DNA of 64,000 nucleotides from Monocercomonoides exilis PA203. Lineage: Eukaryota; Protista; Preaxostyla. Positions 40,259 to 51,900 of the stretch are shown piece after piece. The notes under the pieces are model-generated. The model worked only from the letters and a program-made list of their open reading frames with translations. It did not search any database and was not told the origin of the DNA. The DNA lies in assembly GCA_001643675.2 (NCBI GenBank), contig LSRY02000028.1, positions 1,054,001-1,118,000 on the forward strand, in the 5' to 3' direction. The translations under genes and the position numbers were made by a program. The first letter of the stretch is position 1; every line of letters begins with the position of its first letter.

Positions 40259-42617
40259 TTCTTCTTCTTCTTCTTCTCCTTCTCCTTCTTCTTCTGATGT
40301 TCCATTTGAGCTGAATGACTTTGCCAAACTTGCCTTCTCTTTCTCTTCTTCTGATTCTTCTCCTTTTCTCGACGGTGCTGCTGCTCAGCTGTCTCTTTTA
40401 GCTTCTTCTTCTTCTCCTTCCTCTTCTCATTCTTCTTCTTCTTCTTCTTCTTCTTTTTATCCTTCTTCTTCTTCCTCTTCTTCTCCATTCTCTTATTCTG
40501 TTCCTTCTCCTTTCGATGCACTCACGTTCACTCATCGCTCTTCTTTTATTTCTCCATTCGATCTTCTTTCTTCTTCTTCTTCTTCTCCTTCTCCTTCTTC
40601 TCATAAAACTCCTCCTCCTTCCTCTCCTTCTTCTTCTTCTTCTTTGGAATCTTCTTTCTTCTTTGACGATGAATTGGGTGATACTTTCATATCTCTCTAC
40701 AATTTAATAGCATCTTCTATATCTTCTTCTCCTTCTTCTTCCTCTTCTTCTTCCTCTTCCTCCTCCTCTTCCTCTTTCCCCCCTCTTTCTCTTCCTTCTT
40801 CTTCTGTCAGATTTCTTGTCGATTCCATCACCAATCCAAATGCTGACTATTCATTCCTCACAATGCTCTCTTCCTCTTTCCCTTTCCCTTTCCCTTCTTC
40901 TCCTTCCTCTTCTTCTTTCCCCTTCTCTTTCTCTTCTCTTCCTCTCTTCTCCTCCTTCCACTCTTCTCTTCGCCTTCTCCATCGCTCCATCGAATCTGCC
41001 GCTCAAAATTCCTCAACTCGCCCGCCGGCAAAGCCGCTTGCACCGTTTTCAGATGAAAGTTGTGTGAAAATGATGATTGAAGAGCTGAAGGAAGAGAGGA
41101 GGGAGAGAGAGGCAGAGGAAAGAGTGAAAGAAAGGGAGAAAGATAAAGAAGAAGAAGAAGATTTAATTGAAGAAGAAGATGATTATGATGATTTTGATGA
41201 TGATGAGTATGAAGATGATAAAAGAAGATATCCATCAGGCAATGCATCGACTCACAAGACATATTATTCTGCTCTCAGAAATGAGGGAAGGAAAACTCGT
41301 TCAACTTTCACATCAACAACAACATCATCATCTTCTTCTTCTTTTCCCACTCCTTTATCTTCATCTCCAACAACATCAACATCATCATCTTCCTCTTCTT
41401 CTCTTCCTCTTCTCTCCAACGAAGAGCTTCTTCAGAAGACGCTCAAGAAAATAGCAAGACAATCTTCTGTTTCTGCTGCCTCACTCAACAAAATGGGGCA
41501 GCAGCAGACGCCTTCCAAAAGATCGTATTATTCTTCTTATACACCTCCTTCTCATTCTTCTTCTCCTTCTTCTCCTTCTTCCTTATCTCCAACTTCTTAT
41601 CCATCACGTGCATCTAAACAGGCTCAACAGAAGAGCCGAAATCCTTCTTCTTCTTCTTCTTCTTCTTCTTCTTCTTCTTCTTCTGCTTATCCTTCTTCTT
41701 CTTATCCCTCTTCTGCTTATCCATCATCACGTGCATATCCACCTTCTCTCTCAAAACCTCAGCCAATTCCCACTCGAAGCAAGTCCACTCAACAGCAGCC
41801 ATCTCAGCACTCATCCACTCGCTCTGCATCAACACAGCCATCTGCTTCTTCTTCTTCTTCTTCTTCTTATCCTTCTCCTTCTTCTGCTCAAAGTTATGCT
41901 TCTTCCTCTCGTCTTTCTCCTTATTCCCCTCCATCTCCTCCATCTTCTCCTCCATCCTCATCTTCATCAACATCAGCATCATCTTCTTCTTCGTCTCGTT
42001 CTCTTCCTCCGCCACAGCCACTTCAGCCAGGCGAAAAGCCTCAGTTTTCTTCGGCTGCCTTCCAAAGAATGTTTTCTTCTCCTTCTCCTTCGCCTTCTTC
42101 ACCTTCACCTCCATCATCGTTTTCTTCATCCTCTTCTTCAATCACTTCATCATCTGATTTGGAGGCACTCAGAAAGAGACAGGCTGAGCTGATGAGACAG
42201 TTGGCAGATGCAGACGGAGCAGGCACTCGCAGCACATTCCCTTCATCTTCTGCATCATCATCGTCTTCTTCTTCATCTTCTTCATCTGCCAATCCAACAT
42301 ATCCACCACAGACATCAATGAGCACTGAAGAAATGCTGAAGCGGCTGAGCGAGATGAAGAGGCAGATTGCAGCTAAGGAGGCAGAAGGAAAAGAAGCAGA
42401 AACAGCTTTCAGAACTGATCGTGCTACTCAATATCAAACAGATAAATATGAACATTCCACTTCATTGGAAAAGAAAACACAACAGGAACTAAATAAAGTC
42501 AAAGGAGGAAAATCATCTACAAAACCGACAACCAGATCAGGTTCACCTTTTGAATCTTTATTTTTGTCAACTGTAATCTCGAGAGAGGGTATTGATATTG
42601 TTGTATCATTTGAATAA
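35200..42617 (+). CDS. Large hypothetical Ser/Pro-rich protein, multi-exon, with an N-terminal hydrophobic segment
   Basis: ORFs 35609-36232, 36236-36742 and 37311-42617 can be joined by GT-AG introns. An early exon encodes LLLNVIICVFIIYSQI (possible anchor). The remainder is poly-Ser encoded by (TCT/TCA)n, interspersed with short globular-looking blocks. No family recognised and exon boundaries are uncertain. Confidence 0.55.
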
Positions 42618-43302
42618 TGCTTACAAATCGATAAATCATTGTTCAATTTTTCTAAATACTTGATGAAATGAATATTGCGGAAAGATTCTCGAATACTTAT
42701 TTTGAATTTTTTTTTCTTTTGAAAATTTTCAATATCATATTCTTTATAATATTAGCAAATTTCTTAACATCACTTCACTTTTTTCTAACTCAGATTTTCT
42801 TGTTCTGAATCTGTATTTTTTGGAAAGATTGAAAAAATTGCAAAAGAATGATTTTCAAATAAGTTTAAAGCTTTCTTAAAACAATTCGAAACGATTATGT
42901 GCGAAATACACAATGAAATTTTGTTGTTATTTGAATAAACCATCATTTTGAACAAAACACATTAAAGGATAATTTCAACAGATTGTTTAAAAAATATAAC
43001 AATTACAACTGTTTCAAGCTGAAATAAAAATTTATATCAATAAAAACTATAACAATAGAATATTCGCCATGAAGCAAATATAAAAATATTCTCTATAAAT
43101 CTTTTACACATTTGATTTCACTTCTCAAATTCTTCCCAACAGCTACCTTTTGAAAAAAACAAAGGCACAATCAAAAAGTTTTGTTTACTCACCAGAATAC
43201 ATGAAGTTTCAAATTTCTTTTCAATGAAAAAAATAAATTAAAATCTCAACAATCAGATTTTCAATTGTGGTTATTACCATTATTTATTACATGAGAATAA
43301 TG

Positions 43303-43310
43303 TATAAATA
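43303..43310 (+). promoter_or_regulatory. TATA box (TATAAATA) about 30 nt upstream of the structured GC-rich island
   Basis: Canonical TATA sequence at snRNA-promoter-like spacing from position 43337. The AT-rich background makes a chance match possible. Confidence 0.4.
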
Positions 43311-43336
43311 TGATAATGATCAAAAAATAATTTTAT

Positions 43337-43569
43337 GGACCGTGCAAAGCTCTCTGCTTCGTAAGAGGCAGAATAGTTTTCACTGCTGTGGAGCACTCGA
43401 AAATGGTGTACAGTCCTGGCAAACTGTCCGAGAAAAAGCCTGTAAAAGGTTGTTTTTCGTGAATTTCGAGTTCTGATTAACTCCTTTTGCACTGCGAATG
43501 CAGATTCCAGCTCGTTGACGAGAGGCTATGCCTCCGTTACGTTGGGGACTAACCCTGCATTTTACAGCT
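43337..43569 (+). ncRNA. Candidate structured non-coding RNA of about 230 nt (identity unresolved; contains the telomere-template-like CTAACCCT)
   Basis: About 47% GC against 14-20% in the immediate flanks (manual count). Several stems whose G-U pairs work only on the plus strand, including TCTGCTTC-GTAA-GAGGCAGA with a GNRA loop. No convincing ORF. Confidence 0.6.
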
Positions 43570-44914
43570 ATCAATTAGAAATATCTGTTAATATAAGTTA
43601 ATAAAATGTTTTAAGATATAATTAATTTGAAAAAAAAAATCAAAAATATGTTAGAAAGAAATAAAATGAAAATGCAGCGAAATATTCCTTCATTTGAAAA
43701 AAGTGCTTAATTTTTGAAAAAAAAACATTTTAAAATACTTTCATTTCTTGAATTGAGAGCGATGGTAGTTTCAATAACCTGAAAAAGATAAAATTTACGA
43801 ATTATTATACTGATTGGAGTGGTTCAATAGCTCATTGAGAATGTTTTCTTTTATTCCAGATGATTATTTTTCGCTCAAATGATAATTTCCTTCAACAACG
43901 ATGAGTTTGAGATCAATGTTTTGACACAGATAACATTCAAACATTTTTCTGTCATTTTTATTTCAAATAGGAGTTTGACTTGGATTTAAAAACTGCTTCA
44001 ATTGAAGAAAATTACAATAAAATATCAGAACTTTGAGAAGAAAAATGTTTATGTTTCGTGTTGGGAGAGAGAAAACGAGGAGCAGCAAAAGCAAATTTGA
44101 AAAACATAAAAAAGCACCAGGAAATGATCAGAAAAGTCAAAAGAAACTTGAGAAAGAAGGAAAAGATGAGAAAAAGAATAATCAAGCAATAATTTGTTTG
44201 CTTGAAAGATGATATTTCTGCAGATTATTTTGTGAATTTAATAAATGGAAGTGCATCTAATGCGAGCGCAATTTTTGCTATGACAGATTTCCTTGAAAAG
44301 TCTGATGGGGGTGGTTACAAATTCTCAAAGCGTTTTGCGGTTCAACAATAATTATAAAAATATAGGCTAACTTTCTTGTTTTCTCTCGATTGTTTAATTT
44401 GATGCTCAATGATCTTCCAACACAGGTGAATGCACATTTGCCAATTGCACGTCAAATAAAACAAAAAAATCTTTTAAATATTATATTAAAAGTTGTACAA
44501 AGAGTTTTTTGAATGAATCTGCATTTATCTGAACCCTCAAATAAGTCGGTTTAAGAGTAATTCAGCGTTCGCTTCAGCTTTATATTTCTTTATTTGAAGC
44601 GAGCAATAAAGAGATTTTTTGTATCACATTTTTCAATGTTAAGTATTCAATGAATGATAACATTTCAAAAGAAACTATCAAAAAAGTATTTTCAAAAAAG
44701 TTAAAATTCAATGAATATTGCGAACATAATATAAAAACAATACATAATGTTTCAAAACAAGAAAGTATTTCTCAACAAGAAAGGAAAATCAATTTTTTGA
44801 TAAATCATAATATAAAACTGAAATAAGCCAAATATTTTAAATAATAATAATAATTTTTTTTTAAAAGTCGAATAAATCCTGCATTTCTTTAATTCAAATG
44901 CATTCACCACAGCT

Positions 44915-46483
44915 TTAGCACAACGGAATGAAGGTGTCAGACAGCGTTTTTTGAAACCATGGCTTCTCAACTCGACTTAATGCGTGCATCACAACAGAAA
45001 ACCCGCGAGCTTTGTTGCAGACCGCAATAACAACATGATCTGGCAGCTGAGAAAAATAGGCGTGCTGCTGTTTTCCATTGTAAAAATAGGCGCACAATTT
45101 CTTGTGCATGTCAATTTCCAGAGTGACAGCCATTCCCTTCTGAATAGGGTCGTTGTCGGCCACATGCTGCCCATTGCGCACCCACACGTTTCCATACAAG
45201 TTCACATGGCCTCCTTTCACATTGTCTACCCACTGATTTCGCGGAAGGCTAATCGCTTCTGAGGATGCAATCCCAATCCCGTAATCTGCGCCACTTCCGT
45301 GAACACTCAGCGTGCAGTGCCAAATTCCCTCTTTGATCACCATCGTGCTCAAAAGAGTCCAAACACCCGCTGAATTCCATGTGACCCTTGTATCGTTCCA
45401 ATCACTTGTCAGATGCACATCAACTGAGCGTACATCCCACGGCTTTGTTACTTCAATTTCTTCACATATTTCTTTAACTTTTTCTTTTTCCTTTTCTTTT
45501 CCTTTTTCAGAATCATCAGCTTTTTTGGATATTTCTTTTGAGTTTTCAGTTTTCTCAATGCTTGGACGAGTCGATGAAGAAGCAGGCTCATAATCATCAA
45601 CTCTTGGTTCAGGAGAACAAGCTCTGCATTCTTCAGCATCGGGCTTTTTCTCGTTCATGTTTATCGCAAAAGAACCAGAAGATCTGCTAGGATGAGTTAT
45701 ATTTGAATCAAGTTTGAAATTTATTTGATCCAAAAGCGCGTTTGCAGTTTTGCTCACGGCTATGGATGGATCCGCGCAAAGTGTTTTCACAAGTTGTTTG
45801 ATCTGATCCAAATTGACAAAAGTTGCTCCATTAGACACAAGCGTGCACAAAAGATCCATCATCGTTGCTTTAACTTCAACTGGAGCTGGCCTTAGACCGC
45901 TGCTGCTGCTGGCTGGGCAGGTCAATAAATTATATTCTTCACAATAACATGACGGAATATTTCCCAAAATTATTGTAACTGAACGAAATATCTCCAACGA
46001 GCATATGGCTCTTGTAACATGAGGGATAGTTTCTGCCAATATTTTGAGTCCTCGAAAGCCAGCTATCATATGAGAAGATAATTTTGTCTTAATGTAACAA
46101 GTTTGATCATTAAAAATGTTTTTGTAAAATGATAAAGCGATTTTTCTTTAATAAAAAATGCTTCACACTTTTATAAGTTCCTCGAAAGTGTTTATCAATT
46201 CCTTCATTTGACTCATTAATTCATTTGCGTTTTCGACTTGATCAATGCTCTTTTCATCGAAGGCATGTTTTATAATATTCAATGTTTTTGGCTCCGCATT
46301 TTTCGTTAACTCCATTGCGAATTTCATAAATGCGCCAAATTGCAATTCTTTAGACATTTCGTTTGAGTTGCTATCTTTTTTCGCTTCTATTAATAAATTT
46401 TATCAATGAAATCGTTTTCATAAAACAAACAAATTTCATTCAAAGAATTCAATATTCAAACCATCTCCAACATTGAAAGACAT
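44915..46483 (-). CDS. Protein with a helical (ARM/HEAT-like) N-terminus and C-terminal SPRY/B30.2-like domain
   Basis: The C-terminus TMVIKEGIWHCTLSVHGSGADYGIGIASSE...GMAVTLEIDMHKKLCAYFYNGKQQHAYFSQLPDHVVIAV has the SPRY beta-sandwich pattern. Upstream exons at about 46170-46386 and ATG at 46483. Confidence 0.7.
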
Positions 46484-46652
46484 CTGTTCAAGTGGAAGAT
46501 TTGTGGAAAACTCAAAAAAATAAAATGGGCGCTAAAAAAATATGATCATCTTCAACACAACTTGTTTCGGCCCATATTAAAAATTATAAATTTAATAACT
46601 AAAAGCAAAATTAAACATATTGGACCAATTCCAGATTGAAATACATAGAACT

Positions 46653-48191
46653 ATGGACAGTGAGTTTTTTACTGGTTCTAATTTGTTGCTATCCTTTTTT
46701 AATAAATTTTATGTTGCTATTTCGTTTTATTTAGAAACTTTGGCTAATATTGCAGAAAAAACTACTGCTGAAAAACTCAAGCTGTTGGAAGAATCAAAAG
46801 TTGAAATAGAAATTGCTTCTTTTCATTGTTTACTGAGATCACTCAACGGAACAATATGCAATTCACTTGTTGGGATTTTACAGGATCCTCTAGCAGATCA
46901 AAAGCTTAAACAACAATGCTTGGATGTAATCTTCTTACTTGGATTGAGAGGATTTTTTGGGGTTTATATTGATTTTAAAAATCCATTTTTTGATCGATTC
47001 GATGAAGCTGGATTAAGTGTTGCACTTTTGGATATACTAAAAAATTCAGTTGCTGATAATTCATCGACTGTATACCGTCTCGCTGGATTCTGTATGCTTC
47101 ATTTGAATAAGGTTAGAATATTCGATGAAATCAATGCTCCATCAATTTTGAAGTTTATTCAGACCGAGTCATTATTTATGCAAAACAACAAGAATTACAA
47201 ATCTTTACTGAGCTTAATTATTGGAATTCAATGCATTATGGAAGAACCCTTTAGTTACCCTTTTTTTGAAAGCGCTGAAATGAAAACGATTATGAATCAG
47301 TTAGTATCACAATATTTTATTTTTCTAAAAGAAGAAAAAGGATTTTGGAGAAATATCATAATTTCAGAGCTTCAGGTCATCTTTTCGATTATGATGCCAG
47401 AAGAAATAGTTTGCCAGGATAAAAAGAATCAACATTTTGATACATGCGCTGAGATTATTGAAGAAGAATTGGAGTATATGAAAATAAATTCATCTGTAAT
47501 TCAAAGTTCCGAAGGAATTATTGCAAAAGAAGAAAAAGAGCATTTTAAAGATGACAAAACAGAATGGAAAATTAAGAATGAAGCTGCTTTACAAATAACA
47601 ACAGCTATAGATGAAGACGATAATTTCGACGTTAGGAGTCCTTTCATTGATATCCTCAGAGCAGAGAGACAGAAAGGCTGGATCATTCGATCAGTCTTTG
47701 ATGGACTGTGGAGCCTCATCTTCAAGCAAAATGAACTCAGAACGCTTCTGATGGAACACGAAAAAATGTGGTCATTTATGGAATTTTTTACGGGCAATGC
47801 TTTTAATGGTGCGTTGCTGCGTCCAATATCATATATTATTATGTGGTATATTTTAGAGAGAATGGAAGCGAAAGATTTTTGTCCCGTGACAGATAAGCCC
47901 TTTCATTTGCTTCTGGAGATGATTTGCGGAAGATACAAAACAAACGGAATGGAGCGGAATCCGCATATGATCGAAGGCGTCTCCGTCACAATTGGTTCTC
48001 TGTTTGGTACATATACTACATATACTGAAAAGAATGAATATGATTTAAACGTTCGCAAAGTTCGTAAAGAATTGAAGGAAATGTTCGAAGAAGCAGGCGT
48101 TGAAGCCGAATTCGTTGCCTGTTTGCACATGAAATGGCATGCCATATCAATTCAAGTGGAAAAAACATTTTTGAAGCTTGGCAGGTTTTAG
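46653..48191 (+). CDS. Hypothetical helical-repeat-like protein
   Basis: About a 500-codon ORF with amphipathic helical character. ATG GAC A|GTGAGT...TTTAG defines a likely 75-nt intron at 46660-46734. Confidence 0.65.
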   Translation: MDSEFFTGSNLLLSFFNKFYVAISFYLETLANIAEKTTAEKLKLLEESKVEIEIASFHCLLRSLNGTICNSLVGILQDPLADQKLKQQCLDVIFLLGLRGFFGVYIDFKNPFFDRFDEAGLSVALLDILKNSVADNSSTVYRLAGFCMLHLNKVRIFDEINAPSILKFIQTESLFMQNNKNYKSLLSLIIGIQCIMEEPFSYPFFESAEMKTIMNQLVSQYFIFLKEEKGFWRNIIISELQVIFSIMMPEEIVCQDKKNQHFDTCAEIIEEELEYMKINSSVIQSSEGIIAKEEKEHFKDDKTEWKIKNEAALQITTAIDEDDNFDVRSPFIDILRAERQKGWIIRSVFDGLWSLIFKQNELRTLLMEHEKMWSFMEFFTGNAFNGALLRPISYIIMWYILERMEAKDFCPVTDKPFHLLLEMICGRYKTNGMERNPHMIEGVSVTIGSLFGTYTTYTEKNEYDLNVRKVRKELKEMFEEAGVEAEFVACLHMKWHAISIQVEKTFLKLGRF

Positions 48192-48964
48192 CAGAATAAG
48201 TTGATGATGCGAATCTTAGATTTTCTTGTGCTATCATAACTGAATAATTATAAAGAAATTCCCGATTAGAAGAAAGATGCAAATATTTTTTTAACTTGCA
48301 TTTTTAAAATCAATATTGCTTGCGGTTATCTTTGCATGCCCAAAGCTCATCATTTTCCTTTGAAAGGTCTTTGTTGTTATTTCAGTTTTGATTAATAATT
48401 GATAAAGTATTTTAATCTGTAATGTTTAAATCCGATGTTTGAATTAAAGTCCAAAGTTTTCCATTTTTCTTTGTGAAGAGATTATCTTTTTGTATGTTTC
48501 TCTGTTGTTATTTTTTTTTTGAAAAGAACCGGATTGCTTTTTCTTTTGTGCATTATCTTCATTGCCTGTTTTGTGCTTATGGTTTCATGCCTTTTAACAT
48601 TTATGCAGGAGATTTATTCAGGCATTTACAACATTTTGCCTCATTTTATTGAGAATGGAATAGTTGACGATTCAATGGATTTTTATTTCACATAAATGAA
48701 TTTCTATTTATAGCAATGTTTCATATCTCGAAAATAGCATAAAAAAGTTAAAGAATCAGAAGTGTTTCAAGACAGATGACGAAAATGACGTGATGATTTG
48801 AAAACAAGAAAAAGAATGACTCTTTTTCTGCTAATTATTCGCTCTTTCCAAGAAGAGGAGGAATTGAAGAAGTGAATGTGGCAAATCAACATTTACATTA
48901 AAAAAAAAAACATAAAAATTTGAAGTGGAGAAATAACATTATTAACAATATTTTGCACATTCAT

Positions 48965-51900
48965 TCACATAAATGAGCTGCTGCCCTCAGCTTCTTTAAG
49001 CTTTGACTCAATCGCTAAAACCTTCGAATTCAAGTCCAACAGTTCTGCCCCAACAGCCTCGCATTCTTCATATTTCTCTTCATCCATCAACACCTGCATC
49101 TTGTTCTCTAACTCTTCAATTTGCTCCCTCTTCTTCGTCAATTCCTCGTGAAGTGCACTCAAATCCTGTGCTCCGTTTAATTCATCGCTCTTCTGCCCTT
49201 CTTTTCCTTCTTCTTCGGTAGAGTTAAGACCAAACGGATCATCGTCTTCATCTCCAGCCAATGTTGCATTCGCATCCTGGCCTTTTGATTCTTTCTGTTC
49301 GTCTTCAATAAACCCAAATCCGTCCATGTTATCGTCATCGCCTGCTTCTTTCTTTTCTTCGCCTTCTCCTTTGAACAGTCCAAATGCATCTTCCTCTTCT
49401 TCCTTTTCGGCTTTGTCTTCAAAACTCATCAGCCCAAACGCATCTTCCTCCTCTTCCGCCTTCTGCTGTTGTGTGTTGTTTTGATCGGCTTCATTGACTC
49501 CGCTTGGAATATGCTGATCATTGCCGTCTCCAACTGTTTGGAAACCTCCTGCATTGTTTTCATCCATCAGGCCAAATGGATCATCATCAGCGGTATTTTC
49601 TGTATTGCTCTCTCCGCTTGCTTTCTTCTCATCCTCTTTTTGCTCCTCTTTGTCGTCTTCAATGAAGTCAAATCCAAGTTCTTCTTCCTCTTTCCCAACT
49701 TCTGAAGGCTTGTCAGTTTCATCACTCTTTTCATCCTTGTCTTCTTTCTCTTTCTCTTTTTCATCAGAACTAAACAACCCAAAAGCGTCATTTTCATCTG
49801 CATTCAGAAGTCCAAATGCATCTTCTTCTTTTCCTTCTTCTTTTCCTTCTTCTTTTTCTTCACTCTTCTTCTCTTTCTCTTCAACATTACCATCTTCCTT
49901 GTTCGTATTGTCTGTTGTGTCATTATCTTCCAAAATAAAGTCGAATCCATCTTCTTTGCTTTCTTCTTCTTTTGTTTCCTTTGTTTCCTTATCTTCCATT
50001 TCCTCAAATGCTTTCAAGATATCATCGCCATCTTGACTTTGCTGCTGCTGTTGCTGTGCAGTTTCTTCTTTCGCTTCATCTTCAATAAAATCAAAACCTT
50101 CCTCTTCTTTACCTTCTTTGTCTTCTTTGCCTTCCTCCAATCCAAATGCATCTTCAATATCCTCTTCCTTTTTCTCTTTTGCTTCGTCATTGTTTTCTTC
50201 ATTGCTTCCATCCAAAATAAAATCAAATCCGCTTTCTTCTTCTTTTGTTTCCTTTTTGTGCTCTTTCTCTGCACTGTCTTCTTTCTCTGTCTCATTCTCT
50301 TTTTCCTTCAAAGCATCAAAAGTGTTGCTCGTATCATTTTCATTGCTGTCAAATTGAAGAAGTTCATCTTCAATACTCGCATGTTGTGTGCTATCTTCAG
50401 CCTTCTTTTCTTCTTCTTCTTTATCTTCTTTCTCTTTTCCTTCTTTTGACGTTTGTATTTCTGCATTATCTTCACTTTTCTCTTTTGCATCAGCAACCAG
50501 AGAATCCTGTTTTTCTGAGTCTTTTGCAGAAGCAGATGAGGCTGAAGAAGGAGAAAGCGAACTGAGAAAATCTTCCAGTGGAATTGGCTGTGTGGAAGGA
50601 GAAGCTGAGGGAAGAGATGGAGAAGCAGAGGGACTAAAAGGAGAAGACGAAGGAGAGGGCCAGGGAGAGTAGACAGAAGGCAGTGGGGGAGAAGGAGAAG
50701 GAGAGGAAGAGGAAGAAGAAAGAGACGAAGCAGAGGGACTGGAATTTAAGATAGGAGAAGAAGAGAAAGAGGCAGGTGAAGATGGCTGGGATGTGGTTGT
50801 GGAAGATGGAGAGTGGAAGAGCTGAAGCAGATCATCCGACGAAGAAGAAGGCGAACCAGCCGAATGGACTGCAGAAGAAGACTCAGAAGGTGTTTGTGTC
50901 GAAAGCAAGCTGCTGCTTCCAAACAGCTCTTCAAACGAGTCCTTCTCCTTTTTCTGTTCGTTTTCTGCTCCAATCATTGCAAAGCCTTCATCTTCGATTT
51001 TTTCATCGTCGTCTTCGTCTTCTTCCTTCGGTTTGTATTCACCCAGCTCTTTCTCTTCATTCAGAAGTTCACTTCTGATTTTTCTTCTGTATTCATCCAG
51101 CAAAAAGATGCTTTCCTTCTTTCTTTCCTCGTCTTTCTTCTCTTCTTCTTTAAGTGTCTTCTCTTCTTCTGCAATTGCATCCATCAGACTTTTCTCCAAG
51201 TCAACTAACTTCTTCTTCACTTCTGCCATCCTCTTTGCGATGTTTGCTCTTTCTTCTGCCCATTTTCCTCCATTTCCACTTCCTCTCTCTATTTTGGACT
51301 TGTTTGGCTTGTTAAGTTTCATTCCTTTGAGTCCACTATCATCATCATCATCATCATCTTCTTCTTCTTCTTCTTCTGTTTCGTCTTTGAAGCTCTCCGC
51401 CTCCATCTTTCTCTCTTCCTGTTCGTTTATACCTTCCTCTTCAACTCCATCTGCACCTTTGCTTTTCCACTGTTGATGTAGTCTTTTGATTCTGCTGCTC
51501 AGTTCATCTCTCTCTTCCCTCGACTCATTCACTTCATTCTCGCAATTCTCAATCAACGTCTCAAAAATCTTTTCGTTTGTCAAATTGTATTCGTACTCGT
51601 CTTCATCATCACCTTCATCTTCTGCTTCGTCTTCTCCTTTTGACCTTCCAAAACGATATTTTGGTCCCCAAACCCTCGAAGAAGACGTTGCAGCAACGGT
51701 GTTTGTATCAAAAGTGAGATAACTGTCAAGTTGCTGGCTGGTCAATGGCTTTGGATTCCTTTCCTTCAAAGACATTTTTAATGTTTTGCCAATCTTGTTG
51801 ATGTTCTTTCTATTTCTAACCATTCTTTTCATAATATTCTCAATCTTGTCCATCTGACCTTTCAGGAAATTGAGCATACGAATATGCTTCTTAATGTTCT

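Noticed and set aside
43459-43478. Minus-strand ATCAGAACTCGAAATTCACG resembles part of 5S rRNA
   Set aside because: The flanking sequence does not match 5S helices or box C; the match is short and probably chance.
43267-43552. Short ORF with KYDND...W..Q...CCG reminiscent of a tetraspanin extracellular loop
   Set aside because: No transmembrane exons nearby, spacing is atypical, and the region is better explained by RNA structure.
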